Assembly (NCBI GenBank): GCA_000146045.2
Contig: BK006934.2
Location: 32,001-96,000 of the forward strand
Direction of reading: 5' to 3'
Source: TPA_inf: Saccharomyces
Taxonomy: Eukaryota
DNA: 64,000 nucleotides
A program made the position numbers and the translations under genes. Under the pieces are notes generated by a model, which was not told where the DNA came from, ran no database searches, and was given only the letters and a program-made list of their open reading frames with translations. Positions 11,001 through 22,166 of the stretch are shown one piece after another. How positions within the stretch are numbered: position 1 is the first letter of the stretch; each line of letters starts with the position of its first letter.

Positions 11001-13690
11001 TGTTATCATATATTCAGTACTTAGGTCATTTGCCAGAAGTAAGTTCCAAATGTAATGATATTCACTTGAGATTTATGAGATTTTTGGCAGACAGAGATGA
11101 ATTTATACAGGATTCCGCCGCTAGAGGGCTTTCTTTGGTTTACGAAATTGGTGGTTCTGATTTAAAAGAAAGTATGGTCAAAGGGCTACTTAAATCATTT
11201 ACAGAATCAACCGCAGGGTCTGCATCTACAAGTGCTACTGGCATCTCAGGTTCAGTCTCCGAAGAGACCGAGTTATTTGAGCCAGGAGTTTTAAACACTG
11301 GAGATGGGTCCATTAGCACTTACAAAGATATTTTGAATTTGGCATCTGAAGTTGGGGACCCCGCACTTGTTTACAAATTTATGTCTCTTGCCAAAAGTTC
11401 TGCGCTATGGTCATCTAGGAAAGGTATCGCATTCGGTCTTGGCGCCATTATGTCTAAATCTTCTTTAGAAGAATTATTACTAAAGGATCAGCAAACTGCC
11501 AAGAAATTAATTCCAAAATTGTATAGATACAGATTTGATCCATTTCAAGCAGTATCACGCTCGATGACAGACATCTGGAATACTTTAATTCCAGAATCCT
11601 CTTTGACGATTTCCCTCTATTTCAATGATATTCTTGATGAGCTTTTATGTGGCATGGCTAATAAAGAATGGAGGGTCAGGGAGGCCAGTACTTCAGCTTT
11701 ATTACAATTGATTCAATCTCAACCGCAAGAGAAATTTTCCGAAAAAATGCTGAAAATTTGGACAATGGCATTCAGAACGATGGATGATATAAAAGATAGT
11801 GTCCGTGAAGTTGGTACCAAGTTCACCACTGTATTGGCCAAAATTTTGGCAAGATCTATTGATGTGGAAAAAGGTGTGAACCCTACCAAGTCTAAGGAAA
11901 TACTAGACAATATTTTGCCATTTTTATGGGGTCCACATGGTCTGAACAGTGATGCAGAAGAGGTTAGAAATTTTGCGCTCACAACTTTGATTGACTTGGT
12001 GAAACACTCCCCTGGAGCCATCAAACCGTTCACTCCAAAATTAATTTACGATTTTATCACATTGTTTTCTTCCATTGAACCTCAGGTGATTAACTATTTG
12101 GCATTAAATGCTGCAAATTATAACATTGATGCTAACGTCATTGATACGCAAAGGAAAAATGGTGTCACAAATTCACCTCTATTCCAGACCATCGAAAAAT
12201 TAATTAACAATTCAGATGATTGTATGATGGAAGAAATAATTAATGTGGTTATTAAAGCTAGCAGAAAATCAGTCGGATTGCCATCTAAGGTCGCATCCTC
12301 ACTTGTCATAATTATCTTAGTGAAACGGTACTCTATCGAAATGAAACCCTATTCTGGAAAGTTGTTGAAAGTCTGCTTGACTATGTTTGAAGATAGAAAT
12401 GAGTCGGTTAATATAGCATTTGCAATTTCAATGGGATATTTATTCAAGGTTTCAGCGTTGGATAAGTGTATTAAATACTCTGAAAAACTAATAACGAAAT
12501 ATTTTGAGCCTACCTCAACAGAAAATAACAAGAAAGTTGTTGGTACAGCGATCGACTCGATTTTGAATTATGCGAAGTCAGAATTCGATAATGTGGCAAG
12601 TGTATTTATGCCTTTGATTTTCATAGCATGCAATGATGAAGATAAAGATTTGGAAACCTTATATAATAAAATCTGGACGGAAGCTTCCAGCTCTGGCGCC
12701 GGTACGGTTAAATTATACCTGCCAGAAATTTTAAACGTACTTTGTGTGAATATAAAGTCAAATGATTTCTCTATTCGAAAAACATGTGCTAAATCAGTCA
12801 TACAGTTGTGTGGCGGTATTAATGATAGTATTCCTTATCCACAAATTGTTAAGTTATTTGATATATCGAGGGAGGCATTAAGTGGTAGATCATGGGATGG
12901 TAAAGAGCATATAGTGGCAGCATTGGTTTCATTAACAGAAAAATTTTCTCAAACTGTGGCCGACAATAATGATCTACAAGAATCAATTAATCATGTAATG
13001 TACACTGAAGTTTCGAGAAAAAGTATGAAATATGTTAAGAAGATACTACCGCTTTACGCGAGATATATCAATGTGAATCCACAAGAAGAGACGATCACCT
13101 TCTTAATTGAAAAAGCCAAAGAAATGATTCGATTGTTGGGCAGCGAATCTGATGATAGTGAAGGTTCCATTAAGCAGACTTCCGATGAATCCACAATAAA
13201 AAGAATTAAGCCTAACACTGAAATTACACAAAAGTCATCCAAAGAGAACATTGAGAACGAAGAGTATGTGATCAACTTGTTAAAAGTTAGTGTTGACATA
13301 TGCAACAATTCTAAATCGAGGTATCCGATGAATTTATTGGAGTTCATTATAGATGAGATTGCATACCTTTTCCATAATGACAGAATTATACACACATGGA
13401 GAACGCAACTAGCTGCTAGTGAAATTGGTATCTCGATAGTTGGAAGATTTAGTACCATAAGTAGCGCTGACTTTATCCAAAATGTGGGGAGACTATGGGA
13501 TCAAACTTTTCCAATAAATTGTAACAAGGAAACCATTGAGAATGTGAAATTGCAGATGATAAAGTTCGGTGGCCTGATCATTCAGAAGATTCCAAGCTTG
13601 CAGAACAATATCGAGGAAAACTTACGGTTGTTGAACAGTATTGATTCAACGAGCAGAATTGAGTTGGAATTGAAAAATATTGGTCTATGA
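8084..13690 (+). CDS. ECM29: Ecm29, a HEAT-repeat adaptor and scaffold of the proteasome (YHL030W), 1868 aa.
   Basis: Single uninterrupted 5.6-kb ORF. Its length and sequence match Ecm29. Confidence 0.93.
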   Translation: MSISSDEAKEKQLVEKAELRLAIADSPQKFETNLQTFLPPLLLKLASPHASVRTAVFSALKNLISRINTLPQVQLPVRALIVQAKEPNLAAQQDSTNVRLYSLLLASKGIDRLSLQDRQQLLPLVVSNISCLTGTVAARMFHILLKLILEWVAPQESSHEQEEFVQFLQLDNDGFSFLMRQFTRFFLLVPSKQVQVSQQPLSRGYTCPGLSLTDVAFFTYDAGVTFNKEQLNKFKKAIFQFVCRGMAATQTIEQSPRMIELMEFLCVVSTDSTNLSDDAAQFMKRFPMPYENEEFITFLQTLYIGNTANGRPPVKAILQEKILSILNRSHFATTKAECISLICSIGLHSSEYKLRSLTLSFIRHVAKLNYKNLNPASSSPSSTDFSTCIVSLIRNNLHAEGWPKLQLGPQTPAFNTAILQRQLQYETLGDILKRDFELVSDLSYIEFLFESLKNDLPQFRSSIQESLLSLVGHLSILPQQSKLKLKNLLRKNLSIDEQQREDNNDAVNSIMALKFVSIKFTNAAFPFHDPEARLFNIWGTVRTNRFDIIEESFKGLQPFWFRVNNASINTSATVKTSDLLGSHLSETEFPPFREFLQVLIDQLDSEAASITRKSLNNAVRFSKQCLISNAIYGKKTMVIQDEDWSVRIDKALELDDTVVSRVNEMVQGMNDDIFIRYLTLLSNEFTATNSKGEQIAIFPYQDPIFGSVLLTLLNFVSNNVLRRLEILVPDLYHLVIMKFQSLSDNDLAVCATIIGIISTAIADSTHVKRITKIAQSQTMAETYVASYVVPRLYLKDQTNHIESDSILNLLNILTTHLSHPGTNKDMILKLVCQVTKFGLLLQVSAQERKDFLKKVMDTIQDKLINDVTAIQTWSYLSLYSTDLENSSLFQEKLLETNVSKQNDFLFSVGESLSVVAGKWSSKYLIKQIDIPNFNVEIMQQKFPATNVTTILDEIFSGCDSTKPSLRKASCIWLLSYIQYLGHLPEVSSKCNDIHLRFMRFLADRDEFIQDSAARGLSLVYEIGGSDLKESMVKGLLKSFTESTAGSASTSATGISGSVSEETELFEPGVLNTGDGSISTYKDILNLASEVGDPALVYKFMSLAKSSALWSSRKGIAFGLGAIMSKSSLEELLLKDQQTAKKLIPKLYRYRFDPFQAVSRSMTDIWNTLIPESSLTISLYFNDILDELLCGMANKEWRVREASTSALLQLIQSQPQEKFSEKMLKIWTMAFRTMDDIKDSVREVGTKFTTVLAKILARSIDVEKGVNPTKSKEILDNILPFLWGPHGLNSDAEEVRNFALTTLIDLVKHSPGAIKPFTPKLIYDFITLFSSIEPQVINYLALNAANYNIDANVIDTQRKNGVTNSPLFQTIEKLINNSDDCMMEEIINVVIKASRKSVGLPSKVASSLVIIILVKRYSIEMKPYSGKLLKVCLTMFEDRNESVNIAFAISMGYLFKVSALDKCIKYSEKLITKYFEPTSTENNKKVVGTAIDSILNYAKSEFDNVASVFMPLIFIACNDEDKDLETLYNKIWTEASSSGAGTVKLYLPEILNVLCVNIKSNDFSIRKTCAKSVIQLCGGINDSIPYPQIVKLFDISREALSGRSWDGKEHIVAALVSLTEKFSQTVADNNDLQESINHVMYTEVSRKSMKYVKKILPLYARYINVNPQEETITFLIEKAKEMIRLLGSESDDSEGSIKQTSDESTIKRIKPNTEITQKSSKENIENEEYVINLLKVSVDICNNSKSRYPMNLLEFIIDEIAYLFHNDRIIHTWRTQLAASEIGISIVGRFSTISSADFIQNVGRLWDQTFPINCNKETIENVKLQMIKFGGLIIQKIPSLQNNIEENLRLLNSIDSTSRIELELKNIGL

Positions 13691-13928
13691 ACTCCGAAAC
13701 TTTTTCATATTGATAAATAGAACAGTTAATAAAACTTATCTAGAAAGACGTTTGTTTATAAAATAATGTATAGTATCGGTACTAAATATTAACTTTTCCG
13801 AAAAATCAAAACATCAAAGTATTCAAAAAGTGCTTGAAGAATATTGATTAGAGATAAAAATTCGTATGCAAGGTGTTAAAAATTGTGTAGAAGTAGTATA
13901 TAATTCTAAAGGAAATAATTTCAACTTT

Positions 13929-15968
13929 TCAAAGAGAGCTTTCCTCTAACTCTCTCCATAGCCATTTCCTCCAAATATCCCCAGCCATATTTAAAAGATC
14001 ATCAAAACAATGGGAAGCCTTAGCATCATTACCGACTTCGATTAACATGTGATAATTCGAGATATGGGCACTCGAATTGGAACTGGATTGTAATGACGCC
14101 ATTGTAGAAGTAGTCGGTGAAGAAGGCAAACTGGTTATGCTAGATTCTGTATTCTCGTATAACTTCCTATAGGAAGAGTCATCAAATTTTGTTAGCAGAG
14201 GAACGTTATTAAGAAACTCAGAAATTTCCGCTTCTTCAAATTCTAATAGCTTAAATTCGTTAAACTGCAAAATCGCGATGAAAATGAAAATCAATTGCAT
14301 ATGAGGATCAATGGAAGAAAACGGTAGTTTCAATTCTGACTTATCATTTGAATCACTACCAGGAGATGGTACTGTGTTGTCCTTTTGAGCTTTGCTTTGA
14401 GTACCTCCGTATCTATTCCTTAAAATTAATTCTTTGAAGACACTATAATCATAGGGAAATTTTTTCGAACCTAGTGCCATGCTATCCAGATCGGGGAACC
14501 AAAACGGATCATTATTGTACAAAGCGATCCAATCTTTCATCCAGTACTGCTCGTTGTCACATTGTGGTGTATCGTGATAGAGGTGATCCATTTTCTTATC
14601 GTTATAGTTCAAAAAGAAATTTATCGTGTCCATGTTTGGTTTGGGCCTCCAACCGAGCAGCAAATCCCATACACGCCCTCTATCTTGTCTTTGTAAAGCT
14701 TTAGCTCCAGAGCATTTCAACCACCAATATATCCAGGAGTTTCTTGACGACGAAGGTTGTAAGGAAGATTCCTCTGTCAAAGGTTGGTACAGCTCTGGCA
14801 AAATTGAAGAGAATACCTTGAAAAAAACTTGGGTCTGAAATGAAAGATCGCCACCAGATATAATAGGGAAATAATTTGTGTTGAAGTTTGAGTTTGCCTT
14901 TGAGCTGGAAGATGCGTTCGAGTCATTTTTCAATTGTTTGTGTGCCAGTATGGTATCAGGGCAATGTAGAATGACAAGAGCTAGTCTTTCGAAAAGGGCA
15001 CTAAATGAGAAAATTGGTTTTGTAGGCAATTTTGATCGCAGCTCAAAGGGTAACGGATATTCCTTATAAAGATATGATAACGTGTGAGAAATGTACGGAG
15101 AATTGTGCAAGCTGGTATTTGTGTTGATGCTCAAGTTGTGCATGCCCGATGTTATATTCGTGTTATTGTTGTTGGTGTTGTTGCTAGAGGAGTTGCTATT
15201 TCCGTTATTGCCGTTGTTAGTGCTTAGAAGAGCGTGCTTTCTTCCGCTCAGAACTACATAATCCTCCACTTCGTAAAATGAATGAGTCTCGTTGAAAGGA
15301 GACATGGTTTCGTAGGGATAGATGGGATACCATTCAGCCAATCCCAGAGCAATCCAGGCAAGACCGCTTTCGTACTTGAAGATTTTTGACCACTTCAGCA
15401 GAAATTTCACGATGGCATTTTTCAAAGTCTCGATGATCTGGAACTCATAGTCTAATGAGGGAGACAGTACCTCCATAGAAGAAATAGTGGAAGCGTCGGA
15501 CGACGAAACAGGTGTCGGGGTGGCGATATTGGTGGTGTTAGCATTACTCGATGAGCCAGCAGGATTAGACCTGGAGTGGAAGTATTTTTTCAAATCATGC
15601 AGGATAATGGATTCGATATCGTACGGGAGAATATTTTCATCGTCGCTCTTGTCTTGCTTATCGGTTGGAGCCTTACTTTTCAGAAAAGGGTCATTAAGTA
15701 TGAAATCATTGGTTATTGGGTCCCAAGAAATGGTATTGGAGGTAATGTTTGGTGAAATGCACATTGGGTGGTACTTCAGCAGGATCGGCCACACGACGTG
15801 TCGCAACTGTGGTGGAACCCCGTATGTTCTTGCTAAAAAGGCCAATGAGTCATGGTCATTGCACTTTACTAGATGGATAGTCGTTTCGATAAGGTTCTTG
15901 TTGCGAAACTGCTGTTTTAGATTTTTCAAGTAGTGGGAATTCGCCATGGGCGACTTCTTGTCGTGCAT
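13929..15968 (-). CDS. OCA5: Oca5 (YHL029C), 679 aa, a cytoplasmic protein with a TBC-like region.
   Basis: Full ORF of 679 aa with an Asn-rich low-complexity insert ([19 protein letters not shown]). Confidence 0.88.
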
Positions 15969-16215
15969 ATTTGCTAGCGAGCCCTTTACCCTGTAACGTC
16001 TCTAAGAAATTTCGAATAGTGATCTACAGGTACGTCTGAGCTATTATCAATTTCTACCAGGAATTTGAAGCTCCCACAGAATAGCTTCCAAGAAACCTGA
16101 AAAAAAAAAAAAATGAAAAATATGTATCATTCCTCACGAATGAGTCCATTGCTTTCCCGTCTCAAATGATTGAGAATATATCGTATGATAACGTAAGAGT
16201 ATTCAGTATCAACGG

Positions 16216-16267
16216 CAACAACAACAACAACAACAACAACAACAGCACAACAACAGCACAACAACAT
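16216..16267. repeat. (CAA)n/(CAG) trinucleotide microsatellite in the OCA5-WSC4 intergenic region.
   Basis: caacaacaacaacaacaacaacaacagcacaacaacagcacaacaac read directly from the sequence. It is non-coding here. Confidence 0.9.
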
Positions 16268-16762
16268 CGAACGGTTGCTACTGCGACGTTACGGATTATA
16301 TCCACAGTATATGGCGTGCAGCGATAAGGCTCGAGACACCGTTCTGTACGGACCTGACGTTGACTGTGAGACACAGACGGGGCCGCGGGAACCCTTAATG
16401 TGGTTCCCGGAACGGAATGAGTACGGTGAAAAAGGGAATCAGGAGGCACGGTACCTGCATATTGCGCCTTTTTTGGTTTCCCCTTCGGGCAGCAAGTGTT
16501 TACTGTAGGATAATGGTACTATTACGGTATTTCCACTTTGGGCGACGTTAAGATACGGGCATGAATTAAGGTAAGCAAATCCTTTTGTTGCAAACAGCAA
16601 GGTCGTTATGTGTAAATATATATATATATGCGTTCTGTGCTAGTGTGATTTGCCCTGCTTCAGGGGCGGGTGCAGTAGGGAGCTCATGACAGCAAGTACA
16701 TTTTGTTTATTTTTTAAAAGGAAAGAAAGGCTAGATACCTCGAATTACAAAACCAAAAACGC

Positions 16763-18580
16763 ATGCAGACGTCAATGGTGAGCGCAAAAGTTAGTATATG
16801 GCTAGTATGTAGCGTTATATGCAGTAGCCTGGTACGGGCTACGCAATCTGTGTGTTCGTCGCAAAACACAGCGACCACTGACGGTGTACGAAATCAATTT
16901 CAGAGTAATGGTTGGTGTTCAAATAACTGTGCTGGTCATCAGTTTGCCATCGTACAGGGGTTCATGTGCTGGTGCAGTGATTCGGAACCGAGCACTCAGA
17001 CATCGGTGGGAGACTGCAGTGGCACTTGTCCCGGTTATGGCTACGAAGATTGTGGTAATGCGGATAAGGATCTTTTTGGTTATATATATCTGGGGCAAAC
17101 CCCGCTAAGTTCTGTACAGAGTGTGGAAACGTCAACAGAGTCCAGTGTGTACGTTTCAAGTAGCTCTATCACGAGTAGTAGTAGTACGAGTATTGTGGAC
17201 ACAACCACAATCTCGCCGACTCTGACGTCAACGAGTACGACCCCATTGACAACCGCCTCAACCAGTACAACACCATCAACTGATATAACATCGGCACTGC
17301 CCACGACTACAAGCACAAAGTTGTCAACATCCATTCCCACAAGCACGACATCGTCAACCTCTACCACCACAAGTACCTCATCGTCGACTTCTACGACCGT
17401 AAGTGTCACATCATCAACATCTACCACCACAAGTACTACGTCGTCAACCCTCATTTCCACGAGCACATCATCATCATCATCATCAACTCCAACCACAACA
17501 TCGTCAGCCCCCATTTCTACAAGCACGACGTCGTCAACTTCCACTTCAACAAGTACAACATCGCCAACTTCTTCTTCAGCACCTACAAGCTCGTCTAATA
17601 CAACACCAACGAGCACAACGTTCACTACGACATCACCCAGTACAGCCCCTTCAAGCACTACGGTTACTTACACCAGTACCACAGCATCTCCAATAACGTC
17701 CACTATAACTTCTGTAAACCTGCAGACCTCCTTAAAGTATTCTGTGATAACAGTGACTTCAGTGCACACCATGGACACTAACATTTCGGAAATCACCTCG
17801 AGATATCTCACCATGAAAAAAGTAATAACGCAGATTTACTCTTCCACCCTCGGGGCTACTCCTACTTCTGCAGTGGCTACTACGTCTGCCAGCGTAGGTG
17901 GTAGAATAACAAACAATAACAATAGTAACACCACCAACAGCAATACACCAACTAACAAGTCTACAGAAAAGAAAGGGTACTGGGATTCGCCCGGGAAAAT
18001 AGCCGCTACTTTCGTCGTGGTTGGAGTGGTATGTTTGGTAATTATATGCATACTAATATACTTAATACATCATTATAGAACAAGACCCGCTCGGAAGGCT
18101 CAAGATTTTGAGAATGAATATCAGAGTAAGTTTTACCAGTCCAAGTACCCAAATGAAGTTACCACTACCACGTTACACACGCCTTCACCATCTTCAAATT
18201 CAACTTTCTCGACCCCAAGATTAATATACACTGATGAAAAGGGACAAATTATGTCTGAATCACCATCCCCACGTCAATCTACGTATTCCTTGACTGCAGG
18301 CAGTCCACCAAATGACCCAAGCACGTTGGCAAGCCCATTTCACGATCCCATTCTTCCCAGAAGAACTTCTACTTTTCTTCATTCGCCCATTCAAAAGCAA
18401 CACGAAAAAATGGAATCAAACGTTACTCTAGGTGAAGACACGGTACTGGTGGATCAGAGGCTAGACCCAAGTAAGATGCTTAACACTTTAGCAAATGACG
18501 ATGCCACAAACCACTCTACCATTTCGTTATCAGACAACGTAGACTACTCCAGGAGGGTTCTGCGGCTAATGAACGAATAA
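16763..18580 (+). CDS. WSC4: Wsc4, an ER/cell-wall stress sensor (YHL028W), 605 aa.
   Basis: N-terminal signal peptide, a Cys-rich WSC domain (CSSQNT...CWCSDSEP...CPGYGYEDCG), a long Ser/Thr-rich stalk, one TM segment (IAATFVVVGVVCLVIICILIYLI) and a cytoplasmic tail. Confidence 0.93.
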   Translation: MQTSMVSAKVSIWLVCSVICSSLVRATQSVCSSQNTATTDGVRNQFQSNGWCSNNCAGHQFAIVQGFMCWCSDSEPSTQTSVGDCSGTCPGYGYEDCGNADKDLFGYIYLGQTPLSSVQSVETSTESSVYVSSSSITSSSSTSIVDTTTISPTLTSTSTTPLTTASTSTTPSTDITSALPTTTSTKLSTSIPTSTTSSTSTTTSTSSSTSTTVSVTSSTSTTTSTTSSTLISTSTSSSSSSTPTTTSSAPISTSTTSSTSTSTSTTSPTSSSAPTSSSNTTPTSTTFTTTSPSTAPSSTTVTYTSTTASPITSTITSVNLQTSLKYSVITVTSVHTMDTNISEITSRYLTMKKVITQIYSSTLGATPTSAVATTSASVGGRITNNNNSNTTNSNTPTNKSTEKKGYWDSPGKIAATFVVVGVVCLVIICILIYLIHHYRTRPARKAQDFENEYQSKFYQSKYPNEVTTTTLHTPSPSSNSTFSTPRLIYTDEKGQIMSESPSPRQSTYSLTAGSPPNDPSTLASPFHDPILPRRTSTFLHSPIQKQHEKMESNVTLGEDTVLVDQRLDPSKMLNTLANDDATNHSTISLSDNVDYSRRVLRLMNE

Positions 18581-19110
18581 AGACTGCAGCTCTTATACGT
18601 AATAAATATTCCACGAACGATAATACATACATAATTTTAATTCTGAACTTTGTTTTTTTCCTTCGAATGTTCTCAAAAGAATGCTTTACGACAATAACGC
18701 TGTTATCTTGTACATACTTTTCTCTGCCCAGTGACAGCAGGCACAATAATCTAAATACCGCGTTCGTGCGAGACATTCTCTGTGATTCACAGATTACGGC
18801 GCAGAAAATAAAATAGCCGTCCAGCTCGGAGTTTCTAAAATTACGTCCGAGATGACGGAGGCTTATAAAATCATTTCAGACGGGTGAGGGATGCCAATCT
18901 ACGAGACAAAAGATAAAAAATTAAGACTCAATAATATAGAAAGGAACTAAATGTTTTCATAAGAGTCACCGTCTATAACCTTTTTTTTTTTTATTGGTCT
19001 GTTATCACTTCCACTGAGAAAGTAATATTGCTATTGCACAACACTTTTTGAACAAGTGCAAAGATAAAATACTGAAAACGGTAAAGTAGGTTTGTTTAAA
19101 TTGACTTAAG

Positions 19111-20988
19111 ATGGTGCCATTGGAAGATCTGCTTAATAAAGAAAATGGCACTGCCGCACCTCAACACAGCCGGGAGAGTATAGTAGAAAATGGGACAGAC
19201 GTTTCTAACGTCACAAAGAAGGACGGGCTGCCCAGTCCTAACCTATCTAAAAGGTCTTCTGATTGTTCGAAGAGGCCTAGAATTAGGTGTACCACGGAAG
19301 CTATTGGCTTGAACGGTCAAGAAGATGAACGGATGTCACCAGGCAGCACTTCTTCATCATGCTTACCATATCATAGTACTTCACACTTGAACACTCCTCC
19401 ATACGATCTATTGGGCGCTTCGGCAGTTTCACCCACCACATCATCTTCCTCTGACTCGTCCTCCTCCTCGCCATTGGCACAAGCGCATAACCCGGCAGGT
19501 GATGACGACGATGCGGATAATGACGGTGATTCTGAGGATATAACACTATATTGTAAATGGGACAACTGTGGTATGATTTTCAACCAACCAGAGCTGCTAT
19601 ATAATCATCTGTGTCATGACCATGTTGGCAGGAAGTCACATAAGAACCTACAATTGAATTGTCATTGGGGAGACTGTACCACGAAGACGGAGAAAAGGGA
19701 CCATATCACCTCGCATTTGAGAGTTCACGTACCATTGAAACCGTTCGGTTGCTCTACGTGCTCCAAAAAGTTTAAACGTCCGCAAGATTTAAAAAAGCAT
19801 TTGAAAATTCATCTGGAAAGTGGCGGTATTTTGAAAAGAAAGAGGGGACCCAAATGGGGCTCAAAAAGAACTTCTAAGAAAAACAAAAGTTGTGCAAGCG
19901 ACGCAGTGTCGTCTTGTTCTGCATCTGTGCCTTCCGCTATAGCTGGTAGCTTTAAGTCACATTCTACTTCTCCACAGATATTACCCCCATTGCCCGTGGG
20001 TATATCTCAACATCTGCCTTCACAACAGCAGCAGCGGGCTATTTCCTTAAACCAACTATGCTCAGACGAGCTATCTCAGTATAAGCCGGTATATTCTCCA
20101 CAATTGAGTGCCAGATTGCAAACGATCTTGCCGCCATTATACTACAATAACGGCAGCACGGTAAGCCAAGGTGCCAACAGTCGGAGCATGAATGTCTACG
20201 AGGACGGTTGTTCTAATAAGACCATAGCAAACGCCACCCAATTCTTCACCAAACTATCGAGAAATATGACAAATAACTACATTTTGCAACAAAGCGGTGG
20301 TAGTACTGAGTCCTCGTCATCATCTGGGCGCATCCCCGTAGCACAAACAAGCTATGTGCAGCCACCTAATGCTCCTTCATACCAATCCGTACAAGGTGGT
20401 AGCTCTATTTCGGCCACTGCAAATACAGCAACTTATGTGCCAGTACGGTTGGCCAAGTATCCAACTGGTCCTTCGCTTACTGAACATTTGCCACCTTTAC
20501 ATTCGAACACTGCCGGTGGTGTTTTCAACCGCCAATCACAGTATGCTATGCCACACTATCCATCTGTTCGTGCTGCGCCTAGCTATTCCTCCAGTGGCTG
20601 TTCTATATTACCGCCTCTACAATCAAAGATACCAATGTTACCATCGCGCCGTACAATGGCAGGTGGAACTTCATTGAAGCCTAACTGGGAATTTAGCCTG
20701 AACCAAAAAAGCTGTACTAATGATATTATCATGAGTAAGCTGGCGATTGAAGAAGTAGATGACGAAAGCGAGATAGAGGATGATTTCGTAGAGATGTTGG
20801 GTATAGTGAACATTATCAAGGACTACTTGTTGTGCTGTGTCATGGAAGATTTAGATGATGAAGAAAGTGAGGACAAAGATGAAGAAAACGCATTCTTGCA
20901 AGAATCTTTAGAAAAATTGAGTTTACAAAACCAAATGGGAACTAACTCAGTTCGCATCTTGACCAAGTATCCCAAAATTTTGGTATGA
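19111..20988 (+). CDS. RIM101: Rim101, a C2H2 zinc-finger pH-response transcription factor (YHL027W), 625 aa.
   Basis: Three C2H2 fingers are visible (CKWDNCG...HLCHDH, CHWGDC...[13 protein letters not shown]...HLKIH). The acidic C-terminus is the site of proteolytic processing. Confidence 0.93.
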
Positions 20989-21218
20989 TATGGATTGTCG
21001 GATATTTTATTCTTAGTTGTTTCTTTGCGGCTGTATAGTAAATGAATAAATCACACATGCCCTAGCGCGGCGTCGCGGATTAAACAAGGTAACAATGGTT
21101 AAAGGAAAAATTATTTGTTAAGGTGGGTATATTATAGATTGCTAATTGTAAAGTATTAATAGTTTATTAAGTATTAAACTAGAGTTCGCACATGCTTTTA
21201 TTTTTTTGTTGCTTTTCT

Positions 21219-22166
21219 TCACGCTACCGCTTCTTGAGACTGTTGTTTGGTAGTACTGATATCTTGATCGGTTGATCCCGAGCTGCGATTACCCGTGGAG
21301 CAAACTTCTTGATCCTGCTGTAGCGTACCGTTTGCTAAGCCTTCATAGTAAAGTTCCTCGTGAAACTGGTTTCTCAACACAATGACGATGATGGCCACTG
21401 GAGTGCATACAAAGGCAATTACAACGGCATAAATCAACTTCATGACCTGCGGTAGTGGATAATCGTTGAAGTAGTAGTCGTGGGACCCGACCTTATGGCC
21501 TATACCAGCAAGGATACCCATAGTGACTGGCCAAATGACAATGAACATGGCAATGGCTAGGATCATAGATCTGATGAATTTCTGCACAAACCATTCTATA
21601 AAGTTCATGAATTTGGACTGAGTAGAATCATGAATGAACTGAGATGTGAGAAAACCTTTCAACGTAGCTTCTTTACCTTTGGGAATGATTCCTCTATTGA
21701 CCTCTAAATAGCCAAAGAGCCAATTATGCTTATGATACAGAGTGTTCTGCTTCGCAACGACGTTGTCTTTGGATTCGAAGTAATCCACAATGAAACGCTT
21801 TTTAGGGGGTGGTATTTCTTCGTTAGATTCGGTTTTCAGTGGTGACGGTTTCGTAATCCATTTATTCAATCTGAAAACAGGCCTCTTGTAGTCATCGAAT
21901 CCAACTAAAATTTCCTCGCTAGCCCATGTAAGACCCACCTGGATGAATAAACTTAGTGCACAATCGCCTGAAATGGTGTGAGGAAATGCCCATAAGGTGA
22001 TAAGATCTACACGGGAATGGTACATGGCATATGCGATGGCAAACTCGATGCCGCCCGAGATTATTGCAGAACCTAGCGCTTGGATGACGAAAAGGTAGAA
22101 GATGATGAACCAGATGGAATTTCTGAACCCGGTCGGGGTCGCTGGCGCTGGCTCTGAGGATTTCAT
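21219..22166 (-). CDS. YHL026C, an uncharacterised multi-pass membrane protein, 315 aa.
   Basis: Full ORF with several hydrophobic segments. Length matches YHL026C. Confidence 0.85.
   Translation of the reverse strand: MKSSEPAPATPTGFRNSIWFIIFYLFVIQALGSAIISGGIEFAIAYAMYHSRVDLITLWAFPHTISGDCALSLFIQVGLTWASEEILVGFDDYKRPVFRLNKWITKPSPLKTESNEEIPPPKKRFIVDYFESKDNVVAKQNTLYHKHNWLFGYLEVNRGIIPKGKEATLKGFLTSQFIHDSTQSKFMNFIEWFVQKFIRSMILAIAMFIVIWPVTMGILAGIGHKVGSHDYYFNDYPLPQVMKLIYAVVIAFVCTPVAIIVIVLRNQFHEELYYEGLANGTLQQDQEVCSTGNRSSGSTDQDISTTKQQSQEAVA

Noticed and set aside
9324-13458. Multiple 60-134-aa minus-strand ORFs inside ECM29.
   Set aside because: All are antisense fragments within one continuous 5.6-kb CDS. 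None has any signal of independent function.
17080-17658. 192-aa minus-strand ORF (VVLVGVV…DDDDD) inside WSC4.
   Set aside because: It is the reverse-complement reading of the Ser/Thr tandem repeat. It is a low-complexity artefact.
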